In this document: positions 52,182 through 63,500 of the stretch, piece by piece
Layout: each line of letters begins with the position of its first letter
How positions within the stretch are numbered: the first letter of the stretch is position 1
Assembly (NCBI GenBank): GCA_030390025.1
Contig: CM059438.1
Span: 68,078,001 to 68,142,000, forward strand
Source: Squalus acanthias
Taxonomy: Eukaryota
Length of the DNA: 64,000 nt
Reading direction: 5' to 3'
The notes under the pieces: generated by a model
Databases searched by the model: none
Told to the model about the DNA's origin: nothing
What the model saw: the letters and a program-made list of their open reading frames with translations, nothing else
Made by a program: the position numbers and the translations under genes

Positions 52182-53759
52182 TCAATCCTGGGATTGTTCA
52201 TCCTCAGGATCCTGAGTTTCATTTGTTGCTTTATCTTTAATTATTTTAACTGATTTTTGTTCCTCCCTCTTGGGGGTATCATGTTTTCCAGATCCCTTAG
52301 GGGGTTTGTCGGACCTTTTATTATCTTGACGATCCTCCTGTTGGGGTGGACGTTGGTTCTGCCGGGAATCTTTTTGTTCCCCATTTTGGTTTTCCCGGTA
52401 TCCTCCCATGGCTCTCTGATAGTTTTGGCCAGTGTAAAAGCTGTCCCCATAGGGAGTCCACTGTCCTTCACTTTCCTTTCGAGGTCTAGTCCCTCGTCTA
52501 TCCCATCTTTCCGGGGAGAAATCTTTCTTGTATTGTGGGTGAGTTGGGGGTGTAAACCTTCTGGAATACCCTCTTGGGAGTCCCGAGCCACGAGTTTGTG
52601 TCTGGGCGGGGTGGACTTGAGACTTGTGTCGATACAGTCCTTGTTTCTGAGTGCCAAGGGTACCTTCTCCGGTTTTTTTATCCCTAGTTTCTGATCTCAT
52701 TATAGGTTTAGTTTGGGGTAGACCTAAGAGGTCATGATTTAATTGGATAATGTGATTGACATTATCCCATCTTTGTTGGTTATCTCGATAATCGTTTAGA
52801 GCACCCTCACAGGCAAGTTTGAGGGCTGTATTTTGGTATTGATTTGCCAGGCAACCATGGACAATGTCCCAGTTGTCCTGCGTAAGTACTTTGCCTAATC
52901 TGTAGGCAGCTACCAGCCCTTTAGTTGTGGCTGTATTAGTGAGTATTTCCTTGATGGAACCCATTACATTGCCTCCCTGAGTTGCCGTGAGAACATAGGC
53001 GTATATTTGAAACCAGTTGTTACACTGGTTTAATGGGGGAATTAAGTCTGAACTTAGTATCATTTGTAATAGTTGCCTCAGGTGTTGGGCATTGAAATCT
53101 TGGCAACAGGTTTCCAATTTATCAAGGTTAGTTAGAATCCAGCAGGTTTTTTCCCGGCTGGTGTTTCCCGGTCTACCACACATTGTGTAGATAGAGCTCA
53201 GGTTTACTTGACATAGGGGCGCAATGTGTGATTGTTGGGGTTGGCTTACTGGACCAGTAATCATTGCACCTCCAGCATTTAGATAAGATTGAGCTAGTGC
53301 CTGTCGGCATTGATTATAATGGATTCTAAGCTGTTTATAGTTTTCTTGAAGATTCTGGTCATTTATTTCATCATGAGCTTGCCACCTTAACCGGAATCCA
53401 TGGCCCCCGGGAGCATAGGCTGCTCCGGGTCCTACTATTCGGCCATGGTTGCCACCACCTTGTTGGGCATCATTCATTAGGCCTCCCAATTGTGCGGGTG
53501 TGCACCTTATCATTAAGGAATTTAGTAGATTTGGAGTATTTGTTTGATTAGGCCACTGGATATTCTGTATCCCCTGGTTCTGGGGATCAACATCAATCGT
53601 GTCATGAGTTCTAACGGCTCCGTCGGCATCAAAGCCTTCTATTTCAAAAATTTTCACTTGGTTTTGTGGAGGTACAGGGATAGGATTATTTCCCCTAATA
53701 AAGCAATCGTTTGAATTTCCTAATAAAAAGACTTGTCCAATTCCGACAGGGTTTGCCAT
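52182..53759 (-). CDS. gag: Foamy-type Gag, 525 aa, open
   Basis: No CCHC knuckle or MHR; Gly/Arg/Gln-rich basic C terminus. The central domain aligns by eye to the prototype foamy virus capsid (GRPGNTSRE..W, C..W, GLVAAYRLG..L..DNWDIVHG, HDLLGL for YxxLGL). Confidence 0.9.
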   Translation of the reverse strand: MANPVGIGQVFLLGNSNDCFIRGNNPIPVPPQNQVKIFEIEGFDADGAVRTHDTIDVDPQNQGIQNIQWPNQTNTPNLLNSLMIRCTPAQLGGLMNDAQQGGGNHGRIVGPGAAYAPGGHGFRLRWQAHDEINDQNLQENYKQLRIHYNQCRQALAQSYLNAGGAMITGPVSQPQQSHIAPLCQVNLSSIYTMCGRPGNTSREKTCWILTNLDKLETCCQDFNAQHLRQLLQMILSSDLIPPLNQCNNWFQIYAYVLTATQGGNVMGSIKEILTNTATTKGLVAAYRLGKVLTQDNWDIVHGCLANQYQNTALKLACEGALNDYRDNQQRWDNVNHIIQLNHDLLGLPQTKPIMRSETRDKKTGEGTLGTQKQGLYRHKSQVHPAQTQTRGSGLPRGYSRRFTPPTHPQYKKDFSPERWDRRGTRPRKESEGQWTPYGDSFYTGQNYQRAMGGYRENQNGEQKDSRQNQRPPQQEDRQDNKRSDKPPKGSGKHDTPKREEQKSVKIIKDKATNETQDPEDEQSQD

Positions 53760-54002
53760 TTTGTCAGGACCTAACCTTGGTTAGGGTTTAATGTGAACTT
53801 CATAAGAAATTTCTAGACCTCAATGGTATATTGAGGGAGTTCTGATTTAAGTTCTGCAAGGCCTGATCAGGGACTTGTCATCTCTAGAGACTTAAATCTG
53901 GGTCTTAGTACCACTGTCAGTAAAACACTTCTTCTATACTTAACAATCTACAAGATGGATATAGATATAAATATAAGTATAGGTTCTGTATCAACTCATT
54001 AA

Positions 54003-54020
54003 CACACATGTTGGGTGCCG
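54003..54020 (-). promoter_or_regulatory. Primer binding site, decayed tRNA-Lys(1,2) type
   Basis: CGGCACCCAACATGTGTG versus canonical TGGCGCCCAACGTGGGGC (11 of the first 14 match; two mismatches are CpG-type). It starts 2 nt (GT) after the LTR's terminal CA. Confidence 0.8.
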
Positions 54021-54022
54021 AC

Positions 54023-55303
54023 TGAAGGGATAATTACTAGTCCTAGCCCCTTTAGGGCTACCCCAGATCAGGCATATTCCCCAGACGTTCAATTTCAACT
54101 AAAGTTTGAGGTAGCCGAATCCTAAAGACGCTTAATTGGGTCTAAAGGTCCAGACTATCTCTTCCTAAAGGAAAGGAACAACCTGAAGATGTTACCATCC
54201 TCCAGATAGCACTTTTAATAAGTTTAGCTAGACTGTAACGTTTCGGATATTATGAGGGTTCGGGAAACTCCCTCAGAATTCTGCAACTCCTCACCAAAGA
54301 GCGTACAGAGATTGAGTTTGCGAGTTTGATACAGAAGTATTATGTGAGACAATTCTAAAAATATATAGATTTATTAAAGAACCGACATGTAATTACAGTA
54401 GGTGTTTCAATTGCAACATTAACAGTTCCAAAAGGAATAAGCTTACAATTCTTATTATCAGAGATCCTTATTCTCAAATCTTAACTTCGTTACATTTTAC
54501 AGTTCTTAGTCTTATTCCAGGATATCCACCAAAATCAAATACCTTTGATACCTTTGATCCCCGAGGTACAAAGAGTTGTAGACTTGCAGAGCTTGCCTCT
54601 GAAGCCGAGAATCGCTTTGCCCCTTTACAGCAAGACTATCATCCCATTTGAAAGTTCAATATTTATATCCTTTTTCAGTGGTATGTCCTTTAAAGTTTTC
54701 TGCTGATGTAAGCTAATTATCTCTAGTCATTTTTCTGCTGACTTCTGCTATTCTTACAGTCAGTTCAGCTGGTAGCATTAAGAATCATGTCTCTACCCTA
54801 GGTGTTTGGAGCTTATCATAAAAAACGGTGTAACAGCAAGTGCATCTATTTGATGTCATTCTTACCAAGGTCTTCTGTTTGTGTACTTTTACGACGTGCA
54901 ATTTAAAACATCTCAACCAGGGTGATCTATGCAATTCTTAGTTACCTCAGCTGGTTGCAACACAGAATCGTGTCTCCTGTGTTTCATTTAATGTCATTTT
55001 TACGAAGGCATATGTTTCTTAATTTTCTGTGTTTCTTTCTGAAGTGTAATTTAGGACACCTTAACAGGGTGTACCATTGTGTTCTTTCCAAAGCTTCAGA
55101 CTTCAGGAGCTTCCAACCTCCTGTTTCAATAAGGTTATTGATTCAGTGTCAACAACTTATCTTAACTCAATAGCCTGTATGCTGTTTACAGCTTTAGATT
55201 GTTGAGGCTTCCAGATTTCCAAACCCAGTTTGTCATGTTTTAATAAGGCCAGAATTATTTCATAGAATGCTGTATTTTTCTGAATATGGCTTATTCCTTC
55301 ACA
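54023..55303 (-). repeat. 5' LTR
   Basis: TGTGAAGG...CCCTTCA on the minus strand. TATAAAT at 54661-54667; AATAAA at 54370-54375. Confidence 0.95.
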
Positions 55304-55687
55304 CCCAGGGCTAGCAAGATCGCGCCCAATGAGTCATTTTCTGCTGGTCTCTCCTGATCTCCCGATCTGCAAACTTCTCTTGCTGATAACTGATCTTGAA
55401 CTAACCCCAGTATCGACATCAATTAGACATTGTGGACTTAAAGAGATAGGCCATTTAGCTGCATCTCCATTTTAGCTGGAAAATAATATATGGATGGCTG
55501 TTGTCATCACAAAACAGCACATCTTCCAACCTATGATAACGCCATGGTTGATCCACCCATATCATTAAGATGAGTCAGGAAAATGACTCGAATGAAATAT
55601 TTAAATATTCTAACTGAGAAAACTTGGTGAATGGCAAAGCCGATATTGCAGCACACGACCAAAGTTGCAAAGAGTGGGAGAAATGAT

Positions 55688-56445
55688 GGCTTTGATATTA
55701 ACCTCTCCACGATGGGCAGGAGAGGGTCGGGGGAGGGTTTAAGTGTTAAATACGGGGAACTTGACCTCCCCCGCAACACGCTGCGCACGCTGCCTTTTCT
55801 TATGGCAGTGGATATTGGGGCGTCCAATTGTCCGCCGTGGAGAGATGGAACACTTTATCAAATTTATTACTTTATCATATTTAAATTGGGCTCCCACAGT
55901 GCAATTGGGAGCCCAATTTAAAATTTACTGCTGCTGTGTGGGTTTCCCTAGTGGTCGGGAATCTCGGCAGTGAAAGAAAGGCAGGAGCTGCCGGCTCCAC
56001 AAGGAAAGTGACTTTTTCAGCACTCCTTGTGGGCCAGGAGGAGCAAGTGCCTCCCGTCCCCCCCCCAGCTCTCCCGATTGCTGACATCCCCCGGCCTCCC
56101 CCAGGCCCCCTCCGATCATGGACTCTCCCCCCCCACCCAGGACCCCTCCGATCGTGGACTCTCCCCCCCACCCCCACCCCCACCGATCGTGGACTCTCTC
56201 CCCCTCCCGATTGCCGAACCTCACCGACTTCCCGATTGCCAAGGACCATCCCCAAGCAATCCAGCCCGCCCGGCAGCCAAGCTGACCATTTGTCTGGCTG
56301 CCGGACAGAAAACGGAGCTAAAAAAATGTTAATGAGGACCTGCTGTTAGGTTCGGCAGAGCCTTCATGTCCCCGGCCTTGCCAGGTTCTTTGTCCGTTTT
56401 CGGCCTCCACCGTGCCCTCCCCGCCTCCCCATAAATACCGGGGCC
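55688..56445. mobile_element. Harbinger-type MITE
   Basis: TIRs GGCTTTGATATTAA / TAAATACCGGGGCC, TSD GAT/GAT. Internal CCGATCGTGGACTCTCCCC repeats at 56110-56200. Confidence 0.7.
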
Positions 56446-56467
56446 GATGAGTTAGATCAGGAATCGT

Positions 56468-56865
56468 GATTTTAAAATTTTCATCCTTGTTTTCAAATCC
56501 CTCCATGGCCTCGCCCCTCCCTATCTCTGTAACCTCCTCCAGCCCCACAACCCTCCGAGATATTTGCGCTCCTTCAATTCTGGCCTCTTGCGCAGCCCCG
56601 ATTTTCATCGCTCCAAAATTGGTGGTCGTGCCTTCAGCTGCCGAGGCCCTAATCTCTGGAACTCCCTCCCTAAACCTCTCCGCCTCTCTACCTCTCTTTC
56701 CTCCTTTAAAACACTCCTTAAAACCGATCACGTCACCTGTCCTAAAATCTCTTTATGCGGCTCGGTGTCAAATTTTAGCTTGATAACGCTCCTGTGAAGC
56801 GCCTTGGGATGTTTTACTACATTAAAGGTGCCATATATATATATATGCAAGTTGTTGTTGTTGTT
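56468..56865 (+). mobile_element. L2 LINE 3' end
   Basis: FKI..LFKSLHGLAP..GGRAFSCRGPNLWNSLP..SSFKTLLKT; tail GTGAAGCGCCTTGGG..(TTG)n. Confidence 0.85.
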
Positions 56866-58906
56866 GAAATAGTGATTAGATAGCATAAAGCTTGAGTTTT
56901 AAATAATTGAAGAAGAAGAGGAAGCCGATGTTGGGGGGGGTGGGGGTGGTGGATTTATTTCATGAATTATTGAAACTTTCAACACAATATAGAACAGCAC
57001 TTGTAAAGATTTGTTCGAGATGTAAATATAGCTATAGAATGTAAATCCAAAAGATTCCTATCAACGCTCTACAAAGGATAGGTGATACTGTTTATAAATC
57101 AAGGTGCCTGTTGCCATCAGTTACTTGAGGAAGGTACAGAGGTAGTAAAAAGAAATCAGACTGAATATGATTCCTTACTTTTAGCTACTGAAGTTGAAGA
57201 AGCTAAATCTACTCTCATTTGAGAAAGAGACATCATGATCTGATTATATGCAATATTGAAGGGAATCAATAAGGTGGATGTAGAGAAGTCTTTTAATCAA
57301 AAGTGGACAGGATAACCAGAGGACATGATTATGAGCTTAAGAAGCCAGGAGCCAAACTATATTTGACAAATAACCACAGACTATAAATTGTCAGCTTCTG
57401 TAATAGGCTGCCATCAAATGGAATAAGTAATGGGTCATTTGAAGTTTGTGAGGGGGAATTGAATCGATTTCTGATTGAGCAGGCTGCAGACGCACGTGAG
57501 TTTGACAGTAGGATTGTGTCAGATTGGGTCGTCGAGCAGACGTGAAAGACTTAAATGGTCCTTTCTTTGTCCCTGTACTCCTTTTTGCTTTTGTATTTTA
57601 AATTCTGAGCAGAGATGCAAGTGGAAGCCTGGAGTAAAAGGCTTGTAAAGATAACTTGTGTTAGTCCTGGACTGAACAGCATGTTGCTGCAAACTGTTAG
57701 ACCATATATTGGGCTGTGTGCAGGGAGACCATTGTAGCGTGTTTGCCAAACTGTCAGTTTTCAAACAATAGCTCGATAATGCGTCCTCCTTTAGTTGACT
57801 TGAAACATAAAAGTAGCTGAAATGTCAGTGATGCAAGGAGGCCATTCAACCCATTCAGGATCGTCCCACCTGTAAAGTTACTCCCCCATTGCCACTGATT
57901 TATATTGAAAACTTACATTCTATGCATCCTGGCATTCTATTAGCTTTTATGATTGTTTCATATTGCTTGGACACTAAAATTGACATGTCTAATATTTCTC
58001 CCAGGTTGCTTTCTAAGTCTCCCAGTGCTAATTCAATTCCATTCCTGCTATGATTGTGTCCTATATTCTTTTGAACTATGTTCAGTGCTTAACATTTTAT
58101 CATGTATCTGCCCACTCGTAGAACTGATGTAAATCCTTTCACTAACCTTTTGCTGTCAGTACATTTGACCAGTTTAATCCAGAAAATCATGCAGAAACAT
58201 ATCCGGAGGCACAGCCTAATAGTCTTATTTACTTAGCTATTCCCTTCTGCCAACACGCTACTGGATTCACTTCATAATCTGTCACTAGCTCTGCTTCTCT
58301 AATTATTTTCAAGTTTAGTGTCCGCCAGCTTCTTTTCTTTGCCATTAATCTTTTAAGAGCTTTGTGATCTTTTAAGAATTAAACAACACCCTATTTTGTC
58401 GGAAATGTAGGAGAATATGTCACTGGCTTTAAATGTTAAGGCGCTGGGTGGGAGTGGGTTAGACACTATCCTTTCACCACAAGGGCCTGGATTTGAATCC
58501 AAATCAGATGGAGGGATGAAAGTCTCATTTCTTAGCTGCAAGCCAGCGTTTTAAGAGCAACCAATTTTGGAGAATTTCAATTCATTTCTTATGGGAAGTC
58601 AATATGTAGCAGGAAAGTGCCCAGCATTTGGCATTAACATCCAATTAATGCTTGGACTCACACTTGCCAAACAGGACAGATTTCATAGAATCACAGAGCA
58701 CAGAAGGAAGCTATTCAGCCCATCGTGCCTATGCCGACTCTTTGAAAGAGCTATCCAATTAGCCCCACTCCCCTGCTCTTTCCTCATAGCCCTGCAAAAT
58801 ATTCTCCCATATGGAGTAGTATACACACCAAAAAATATTAATGTATTTTATGAATTAGACACACACGGACTCGCGCACACACACACACACACACACACAT
58901 AAACAT

Positions 58907-59360
58907 TGGTCGGAATTTTAATTTGGAGGCGGGTAGCGAGTTGGGGGCTGGGTGCTGGAAAGCGGTTGGGATTCCTGGGAGAATGGGTTTCCTGCGGGCC
59001 CTGCCAAATTTATCGGCAGGGCCTGATTAACATTTCAAAGCACTGATTCCCGCTTGCAACCTGCCAGATGGAGAGGCTGGCTGGCTGTCGGGCGAGTAGG
59101 CCTGCTGCACCAGGCCGCAAAGAGAAGGGGAGGGTGGGATCTGGGGGGGGTGGGGGGAAATCAGAGGCCTGGTGTTGGGGGGATCGGAGGCCTCAGGGGG
59201 CAGATCAGAGGCCTCGGGGGAGATCGGTAGGGTTTGGGGGTGTCCGATCGCAGAGGGTAGGCAAGGCAGGGACGCTGGATCCAGCAGGTAAGTGGAAAAG
59301 CATTTACCTCCTGGATCCAGCAGCCCTCACCTTCCTTTAGCTGGCAGGCTCCCAGGAAAC
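58907..59360. mobile_element. Truncated Harbinger-type MITE followed by a CR1 3' fragment (59360-59790, minus strand)
   Basis: GGTCGGAATTTTAA TIR-like start and GC-rich body; CATAGAATC CR1-type tail follows. Confidence 0.5.
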
Positions 59361-61479
59361 CATAGAATCCTACTGCACAGAAGGAGGCCATTCAGCTCAT
59401 TCTGCCTGTGCTGACTCTTTGAAAGAGCTATCCAATTAGTCCAGCTCCCCTGCACTTTCCCCATAGCCCTGCAAATATTTCCTTTTCAAGTATTTATCCA
59501 ATTCCTTTTTGAAAGTCACTATTGAATCTGCTTCCACCATCCTTTCAGGCAGCACATTCCAGATCAGAACAACTCGCTGCGTTAAAAAAAAATCTCCCCT
59601 TAACCTTCACTGCTCTAAGGAAAATAATTCAAGTTTCTCTAGTCTCGCCAGATAATTGAAGCCCCTAATCTCTGATACAGTCTAATAAATCTCCTCTGCA
59701 CATCCTTCCTAAAGTGTGGTGCCCAGAATTGGACACAATACTCCAGTTTAGGTCTAACCAGTGATTTATAAAGGTTTAGCAGAACCTTTCATTAGCTTTG
59801 GGAACGTCCTTCAGAGACTGGAAGGAAACTTGCTGGAGATGCAATTCTGCTTCTTGGTTGGATGACCAAGGAGTAGCCTTCATGGTGTCCATAGACCACC
59901 CAGTGATTGGGACAGATTACAGATGCCTAAAATGGAAGGAGAGGGAGAGTAATCCTAACTGTCTGAAATATTTAGTACTTTTTCAATAATTTAAGAATAT
60001 TACCATTTTAAATCATTAATAAGTGGATACATCAGGACTTACACAGCCTTTATGGTTTCATGCTATTTGGTTAACGGATTTATAAAAATCTCTTGAAGCT
60101 TCAAATGCAATTAAATATATTCATATAATGACAGTCCTATGGAAGTCATGCACAAAATTTAAAATTCCTAATTAATTCCCAGAAGATAATAGACACTGAA
60201 TCTATTCGCAATTCCACAGAAATAATTGTAAACATATTTGATAATATTTTGTGATTATTGCAGTAATCTAGTTCTTGAAAACGCAACCTTTTTAGATATT
60301 CTGTTGGTGGAAGATGGTGCCTTCCTCTCCATTCGGGTCATTGAGTTTATCCAGTGATTAGTTGAGTCCTACAGACCAGGCTGCTTCTAGGTTTAATCCC
60401 TGGTTTGCCCTAACTTACATGACCTTAGGTATGTAGCAGTTGGGGCACAATAGTTGCCCACAGCGCTGCTGGTTTAGGAAGGAGAAAATTGTCACGGATT
60501 TCTGGTCACCATCCATCAACTCCTAATGGAAGTACACGTGCACAGATGTCGGGTGCGGACCTGTGTGATGCCGTGACGCCTCCTGAAGTTTGTAATTATT
60601 ATTATCTGTTCTTAACCCTCTCAATAGTTGCTTGAGCAAGATAATGGAGGGTTCCTGTGGAAGGTTACCTCGGCAAGGAGTCAATGCCTTCAGGAGAAGA
60701 TGACAAGGAGGGGAGAAAATTCACAGGGAAAACTAGTGGCACCTCATGTACAGTACAAGTCTGGAAGAATTCGAAACGCATTCAATGAGCATTATATTGT
60801 TTTTAACAACAGCAACAACAACAACTTACATTTATATGGACCCTTTAGCATAGCAGAACACCCCAAGGTGCTTCACAGGCAAGTTAACAGATAACATTTG
60901 ATAGTGAAAAAAATCAAATGAAACACTGCAACAATTCAATGCATCATCAATTAGGATACATAACTCGTAACCAAATTACTCTAAAATGAATGTCCTAGTT
61001 ACTGTACCCTTTCAACTTTCCCATAGTAATACACCACGCAATTAAGCTTTTTGACAGACTTTAATAACAGAATGAGAAGTGCTATGCTACTCATAATAAT
61101 TATATTTTAAAATGTAATTTTGTGCTGATCTCTCTGTACCTTGAGCTTTATAGTATTTCTGCAAGGTTTTTAGTTCATTATTTTTTTCCAAAGCAGTGAA
61201 TTAACTGGCACTTTTTCAGATAACTTTTATTAGGCCTGTGCTAAAAGTCTCTGCACCACCAAACCAAGAATGAAAGAGTATTATGGGGCACCACACTACT
61301 TTAAAATCTATGTCTGAAATTTCCATGTCCAGATTTAAAAAACTGGAAATATGAAATTCTGATTGGGGTAAAGAATTGCATTTGAGTAGGATCTGTAAAT
61401 AGCAATTTGATGTGATTTTTATGCATCTATCTGACATTTTGAGCAATTTCTAATCAAATGAGCTATTGCTTCAGTACTG

Positions 61480-62060
61480 GTTGAGAAATGGGCTGATAAA
61501 GGGGATTGTGAGGAGCAAATTGGTTGGAGCTGAGAGCAGTGTGATGATAGAAGAGGAACTGACTGTGTCTGAGAGCACTGAACATGGTAAGAACAAATTG
61601 GTTGGAACCGAAAGTGTGCTGATAATGTGAGGGACAAGCTGACTGGGACTAAAATCATGCTGGGATGTGAAGAATAGACTGACTGAGACTGACAGCCTGA
61701 AAACAACATGAGTGGGAGACTGTTTGAGATTAGGACTGAAAACAGATTGAAAGTGAGAGAACAGAATGGCTGAGACTGAGACCACATTGGCGATGAGACA
61801 CTGCTTGGAACCAAGACAATGCTGACAGTGGGCAAACAAACTGACTGGGAATGATATCATGTTGACACCAAGCCACAAACTAACTGGTGTGAGGAACAGA
61901 CTGACTGGAACTGATAGCATTAAGAAAACATGAGTGGTGGACGGACTGGGAATGAAGGCAGATGGTCAGAGGACAACATGATTGGAACTGAGCTCATGCT
62001 GTTAGTAAGCCACAGATGAAATGGTTCTGAGCGAATGCTGGTGGGGTGAGGAAGAGAATG
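61480..62060. repeat. Degenerate minisatellite (GACTGACTGGGACTGAG-like units)
   Basis: Recurrent ACTGGGA/GACTGAG motifs at roughly 35-40 bp spacing. Confidence 0.55.
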
Positions 62061-62207
62061 GCTGGGAGTAAGGACAGGATGTTAATGGAAATGAGACAGA
62101 GATCAACTTTGACTCAAAGCACAGTTTCAGGTTGTGATCAGGAAGAGGAACTGGGTTGGTACAGCTGACTGGCGAATAAACAAGACATCAGGTTTAATAG
62201 ACTAATT

Positions 62208-63500
62208 ATTTTTATTTTATTTTATTTGTTTATGGGATGTGGACGTTGCTGGCAAGGCCAGCATTTATTGCCCATCCCGAATTGCTCTTGAGAAGGTGGT
62301 GGTGAGCCGCCTTCTTGAACCGCTGCAGTCCGTGTGGTGAAGGTACTCCCACAGTGCTGTTAGGTAGGGAGTTCCAGGATTTTGACTCAGCGACGATGAA
62401 GGAACGGCGATATACTTCTAAGTCAGGATGGTGTGTGACTTGGAGGGGAACTTAGAGGTGGTGGTGTTCCCATGCGTCTGCTGGCCTTGTCCTTCTAGGT
62501 GGAAGAAGTCGCGGGTTTGGGAGGTGCTGCCGAAGAAGCCTTGGTGAGTTGCTGCAGAGCATTTTGTAGATGGTACACACTGCAGCCACGGTACGCCGGT
62601 AGTGGAGGGAGTGAATGTTTAAGGTGGTGGAAGGAGTGCCAATCAAGCGGGCTGCTTTGTCCTGGATGGTGTCGAGCTTCTTGAGTGTTGTTGGAGCTGC
62701 ACTCATCCAGGCAAGTGGAGAGTATTCCATCACACTCCTTACTTGTGCCTTGTAGATGGTGGAAAGGCTTTGGGGAGTCAGGAGGTGAGACACTTACCGC
62801 AGAATACCTAGCCTCTGACCTGCTCTGGTTGCCACAGTATTTATGTGGCTGGTCCAGTTAAGTTTCTGGTCAATGGTGACCCCCAGGATATTGATGGTGG
62901 GGGATTCAGCGATAGTAATGCCGTTGAATGTCAAGGGGAGGTTGTTAGACTCTCGCTTGTTGGAGATAGTCATTGCCTGGCACTTCTGTGGCGCGAATGT
63001 TACCTGCCACTTATCAGCCCAAGCCTGAACGTTGTCCAGGTCTTGTTGTATGCGGGCATGGACTGCATCATTATCTGAGGAGTTGCGAATGGCGCTGAAC
63101 ACTGTGCAGTCATCAGTGAACATCCCCATTTTTGGCCTTATGTTGGAGGGAAGGTTATCGATGAAGCAGCTGAAGATGGTTGGGCCTAGGACACTGCCCT
63201 GAGGAACTCCTGCAGCGATGTCCTGGGGCTGCGATGATTGACCTTCAACCACCACAACCATCTTCCTTTGTGCTAGGTATGACTCCAGCCAGTGGAGAGT
63301 TTTTCCCCCGATTCCCATTGACTTCAGTTTTACTAGGGCTCCTTGATGCCACACTCGGTCAAATGCTGCCTTGATGTCAAGGGCAGTCACTCTCATCTCA
63401 CCTCTGGAATTCAGCTCCTTTGTCCATGTTTGGACCAAGGCTGTAATGAGGTCGGGAGCCAAGCGGTCTTGGCGGAACCCAAACTGGGTATCAGTGAGCA
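62208..63500 (-). mobile_element. Non-LTR retrotransposon (CR1/L2-group, second family), 5'-truncated RT
   Basis: QFGFR, LDIKAAFDRVWHQG, GVPQGSVLGP, FTDD, LGVTIDQKLNW, YKAQVRSVMEYS. A-rich tail. Confidence 0.9.

Larger units (their letters stand above)
45941..55303 (-). mobile_element. Endogenous foamy (spuma) virus-like provirus: LTR-gag-pol-LTR, no env
   Basis: Two ~1.28-kb LTRs, 4-bp TSD CCCA, Lys-type PBS, PPT, foamy-like Gag and Pol motifs. Confidence 0.95.
45110..55327. mobile_element. Harbinger-type MITE split by the provirus (45110-45940 and 55308-55327)
   Basis: CGCCTC-CCCA-[provirus]-CCCA-GGGCTAGCAAGATCGCGCCC. The intact copy reads CGCCTCCCCAGGGCTGG at 5102-5118. Confidence 0.8.

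Noticed and set aside
52241..52694. ORFs overlapping the gag 3' end (138 aa minus, 145 aa plus) as accessory genes
   Set aside because: Non-ATG starts and no motifs; expected shadows of a low-complexity coding region.
61419..61920. Ser/Leu/Val-rich ORFs, or a CRISPR-like array
   Set aside because: Degenerate minisatellite with no identical repeats and unique spacers, in a eukaryotic context.
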